Positions 44,826 through 48,669 of a DNA stretch of 48,669 nt are shown here, one piece after another. The translations under genes were made by a program, and so were the position numbers. Within the stretch, counting starts at the first letter, position 1. Each line of letters begins with the position of its first letter. The notes beneath the pieces are model-generated. The model made no database searches and had not been told where the DNA came from. It saw only the letters and a list, made by a program, of their open reading frames with translations. Origin of the DNA: Tubiluchus corallicola (lineage: Eukaryota > Animalia > Priapulida); the NCBI GenBank assembly GCA_030141605.1, contig JAQGDQ010001301.1, forward strand, positions 1 to 48,669, in the 5' to 3' direction.

Positions 44826-45279
44826 AGAAAATGACGGTTAGAAAATATTAATGTACGAATATTTAAGACTGATGCATTTCATATCAGATAGAAACTACTG
44901 GAAGCGTTTAGTACGTAATATAAAGTCATGTATGCATTGGAATATTTTACAGTTAGCAACATAGTTAAATTCATCTTTACCGAATAATAACAACTTCAAC
45001 ATTAGTTCCTAAGACAGCTATATTAAGGTTTTTGGGCAGAAGTATTTCATTTAGTTTATTAAACATAACAACCCTAGTTTGTTGATACAATGGGCAATGC
45101 AACAAAAAGTGTTCAACAGACGCAAATCGAAATCCACAGTTACAATTCGGCAATATTGGATGACCGTTATTATCTTTACAGCCTTTAGAGAATTTTTTTT
45201 ATGTTGTGTCCTTACGATTTTAAATTTAAAACCATCAATCAGGACTTTGTTGTAAACAAAGAAATATCTTTTCTTATCT

Positions 45280-45662
45280 GATCTTATTTAATATAATGTA
45301 AAATCTATTTATATAGGACATTATGTCATTTAAAATCTCAGCATACTTAACAATAAGATACATTTAAAATTTATCAGGAACATAAAATTTAAAAGGCATT
45401 GAAAATTAAAAAAATAATTCACCATAAAAAGTACAATTTAAACAAATCTGTTTTACGACGTTGTCTAAAACAATCTAATGAATTTCTAGAACGTGTAGCA
45501 ACAGGTAAGTTATTCCAGAGATGCGGAACTCAGACAGAAAAAGTTTTTTCACCAGAGAATACTGTATTAGGATTTGGCTGATGTAAATTAATTGGTTAAT
45601 TGGCATTAGAACGAAGCGGTAAAAGCATTAGAAGCAATTCACGCCTCTGTCGCAGCTGATTT

Positions 45663-45761
<99 letters not shown>

Positions 45762-46470
45762 TTTCTCTCCCCCACTCTCTCTCTTTTCCCCTTGTCTCTC
45801 TCTCACTTTCTCTCTCTCTGTGTCGCTCTCTCTCTCCTCTCTCTCTTAGTCTCACTCTCTCTCTCCTTTCTCCGTTTCTCTCTCTCTCAGTAAGGTATGC
45901 AGGTGCCAAACCATGTAGTATTTTGTAGGCGATACAAGGAATTTTAGAATGAGTTTGGAACTTTATTGGCAACGAATGTAACTCTCTTAGAATAGGTGTG
46001 ATATGATCGTATTTTCAAGTTTTCGTAATGAGACGGGCAGCAGAGCTCTGAATCAGTTGGAGTTTGTGATTTTCATTTTCAGGGAGTCTAAAAAGTAATA
46101 ATCCTGGAATAATCAAATTTGGACGTTATGAAGGTATGTATGAGAGTTTCAGTTTTTTGGTGGTTGAGAATAATTATGTCTGATTTTTCCAATTTTCCAC
46201 CAAGCCAATGATGCTGACCGACTGACTGACTAACTGACTTGCTTCATGGTTTGACATAATACGAAAAGCGTTAAAATTTACTCCAAGATGTTTTACAGTT
46301 TCAGAAAGACCGACACTGACATCACCAATGTCCAAATATGGAGGGACAGAAGAAGCTCCTTGAAGTTTAGTTGAGACATGAACTAATTTAATTGAATGAA
46401 GTTGGAAATTGGTAGCACAATACACAGCATCGAAGCGCAGCCTTACTTTGGAATACATTGCGTATTATAT
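45280..46470 (-). mobile_element. Decayed L2-clade LINE (end of RT and C-terminal domain), interrupted at 45641-45885
   Basis: IGDVSVGLSETVKHLGV..TETLIHTFITSKFDY..KLQLIQSSAARLI..YDHITPILREL..AYKILHGLAPAYLTE|LL..PLRS..GEKTFS..PHLWNNLP..FRQRRKTDLF. Confidence 0.9.
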
Positions 46471-46474
46471 CAAG

Positions 46475-47921
46475 TATTCTATTCTATTCTATTCTATTCT
46501 ATTCTATTCTATTCTATTCTATTCTATTCTATTCTATTCTATTCTATTCTATTCTATTCTATTCTATTCTATTCTATTCTATTCTATTGTATTCTATTCT
46601 ATTCTATTCTATTCTATTCTATTCTATTCTATTCTATTCTATTCTATTCTATTCTATTCTATTCTATTCTATTCTATTCTATTCTATTCTATTCTATTCT
46701 ATTGTGTTCTATTCTATTCTATTCTATTCTATTCTATTCTATTCTATTCTATTCTATTCTATTCTATTCTATTCTATTCTATTCTATTCTATTCTATTCT
46801 ATTCTATTCCTTTTCATTCCATTCTATTCCATTTCCTTCCATTCCACTCCATTCCATTCCATTCCATTCTATTCCATTCCATTCCATTCTATTCTATTCT
46901 ATTCTATTCTATTCTATTCTATTCTATTCTATTCTATTCTATTCTATTCTATTCTATTCTATTCTATTCTATTGTGTTCCATTCTATTCTAGTCTAGACT
47001 ATTCTATTCTAATTTATTCTGTTCTATTCTTTTCTATTCTATTCTATTCTATTCTATTCTATTCTATTCTATTCTATTCTATTCTATTCTATTCTATTCT
47101 ATTCTATTCCTTTTCATTCCATTCCATTCCATTTCCTTCCATTCTATTCTCTTGTGTTCCATTCCATTCTATTCTAGTCTATTCTGTTCTAATTTATTTT
47201 ATTCTATTCTATTCTATTCTATTCTATTCTATTCTATTCTATTCTATTCTATTCTATTCTATTCTATTCTATTCTATTCTATTCTATTCTATTCTATTCT
47301 ATTCTATTCTATTGTGTTCGGTTCTATTCTATTCTATTCTATTCTATTCTATTCTATTCTATTCTATTCTATTCTATTCTATTCTATTCTATTCTATTCT
47401 ATTCTATTTGTTCGGTTCTATTCTATTCTATTCTATTCTATTCTATTCTATTCTATTCTATTCTATTCTATTCTATTCTATTCTATTCTATTCTATTCTA
47501 TTCTATTCTATTCCTCATTCCATTCTCCCCCCCCCCCCATTCCATTCTATTCCATTCCATTCCATTCTATTCTATTCTATTCTATTCTATTCTATTGTGT
47601 TCCATTCTATTCTAGTCTAGACTATTCTATTCTAATTTATTCTGTTCTATTCTTTTCTATTCTATTCTATTCTATTCTATTCTATTCTATTCTATTCTAT
47701 TCTATTCTATTCTATTCTATTCTATTCTATTCTATTCTATTCTATTCTATTCCTTTTCATTCCATTCCATTCCATTTCCTTCCATTCTATTCTCTTGTGT
47801 TCCATTCCATTCTATTCTAGTCTATTCTGTTCTAATTTATTTTATTCTATTCTATTCTATTCTATTCTATTCTATTCTATTCTATTCTATTCTATTCTAT
47901 TCTATTCTATTCTATTCTATT
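46475..47921. repeat. (ATTCT)n pentamer array with a higher-order duplication
   Basis: An interrupting block beginning ATTGTGTTCCATTCTATTCTAGTCTAGACT recurs at 46971 and 47595. Confidence 0.95.
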
Positions 47922-48190
47922 CATCTGTTTTGCACAATAAACGTGACAGACAGTCACACAGAAACATCAAATGAATCGAATGACTGAACAGAAACATTTC
48001 TATAATTGCTAGAGAAATACATTAAACATTGACAATTGCTTTGATTGACAGGACCAGATTAATGAATTCTTACATGGCTTTCGCGTGGCTCATCACCAAT
48101 TGCAAGGCTGGTCCCTAAAAGAGCAGGTCTGCTAACCGATGAGAGTTTGTCAGGCGATTCACGCCTCTCTTTCTTTATCTCAGCTTATTT

Positions 48191-48193
<3 letters not shown>

Positions 48194-48280
<87 letters not shown>

Positions 48281-48370
48281 CCTGTCTCTCTCTCTCTCTC
48301 TATCTCTCTCACACACAGTCTCTCTCTCTCTCACACACACACAGTCTCTCTCTCTCTCTCTCTTCTCTCT

Positions 48371-48456
<86 letters not shown>

Positions 48457-48600
48457 GGCTCTTTTCTCTCTTTGTCTCTCTCTCTCTGTTTCTCTCTCTC
48501 TCCTCTCTCTCTCTCTCCGCTCTCTCTCTCCCCCTCTCTCTCTGTCTCTTTCTCTCCCTCTCTCTCTCTCTCTCTGTGTGTTTCTCTCTTCTGGCTATTT

Positions 48601-48645
<45 letters not shown>

Positions 48646-48669
48646 CTCTTCTCTCTCTCTCTCTCTCTC
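48194..48669. repeat. Complex (CT)n tract running off the window
   Basis: Direct reading. Confidence 0.95.

Noticed and set aside
46396-47820. ILFYS-repeat ORFs up to 403 aa
   Set aside because: Translations of the (ATTCT)n pentamer array.

Overview
AT-rich eukaryotic DNA, most likely from an invertebrate animal (inferred from the transposon and microsatellite spectrum; the species cannot be determined). I find no intact host gene, RNA gene or CRISPR array. Almost all long ORFs in the track are simple-repeat artefacts. The window is a mosaic of five things. (1) Very long and diverse microsatellites. (2) 5'-truncated non-LTR retrotransposon 3' ends (CR1/L2-, RTE- and RTE-X-like) and tRNA-headed SINEs. 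(3) Non-autonomous DNA transposons: three piggyBac-type MITE copies, a hAT-like MITE, TTAA-AGG elements and a deleted pogo-like element that keeps an open DNA-binding ORF. (4) Minisatellites and satellites. (5) Short unique islands rich in transcription-factor motifs, consistent with a large intron or intergenic regulatory region. The most notable structures are a 14 x 147-bp tandem array amplified from inside a LINE 3' end, a two-copy retroposon built of 4 x 92-bp repeats plus a LINE-like tail, two kb-scale fold-back structures each interrupted by a later retro-insertion, and an apparent microhomology-flanked templated insertion. I see no convincing evidence for a novel multi-gene system. Family assignments come from motif recognition without database searches, and boundaries of decayed elements are approximate.
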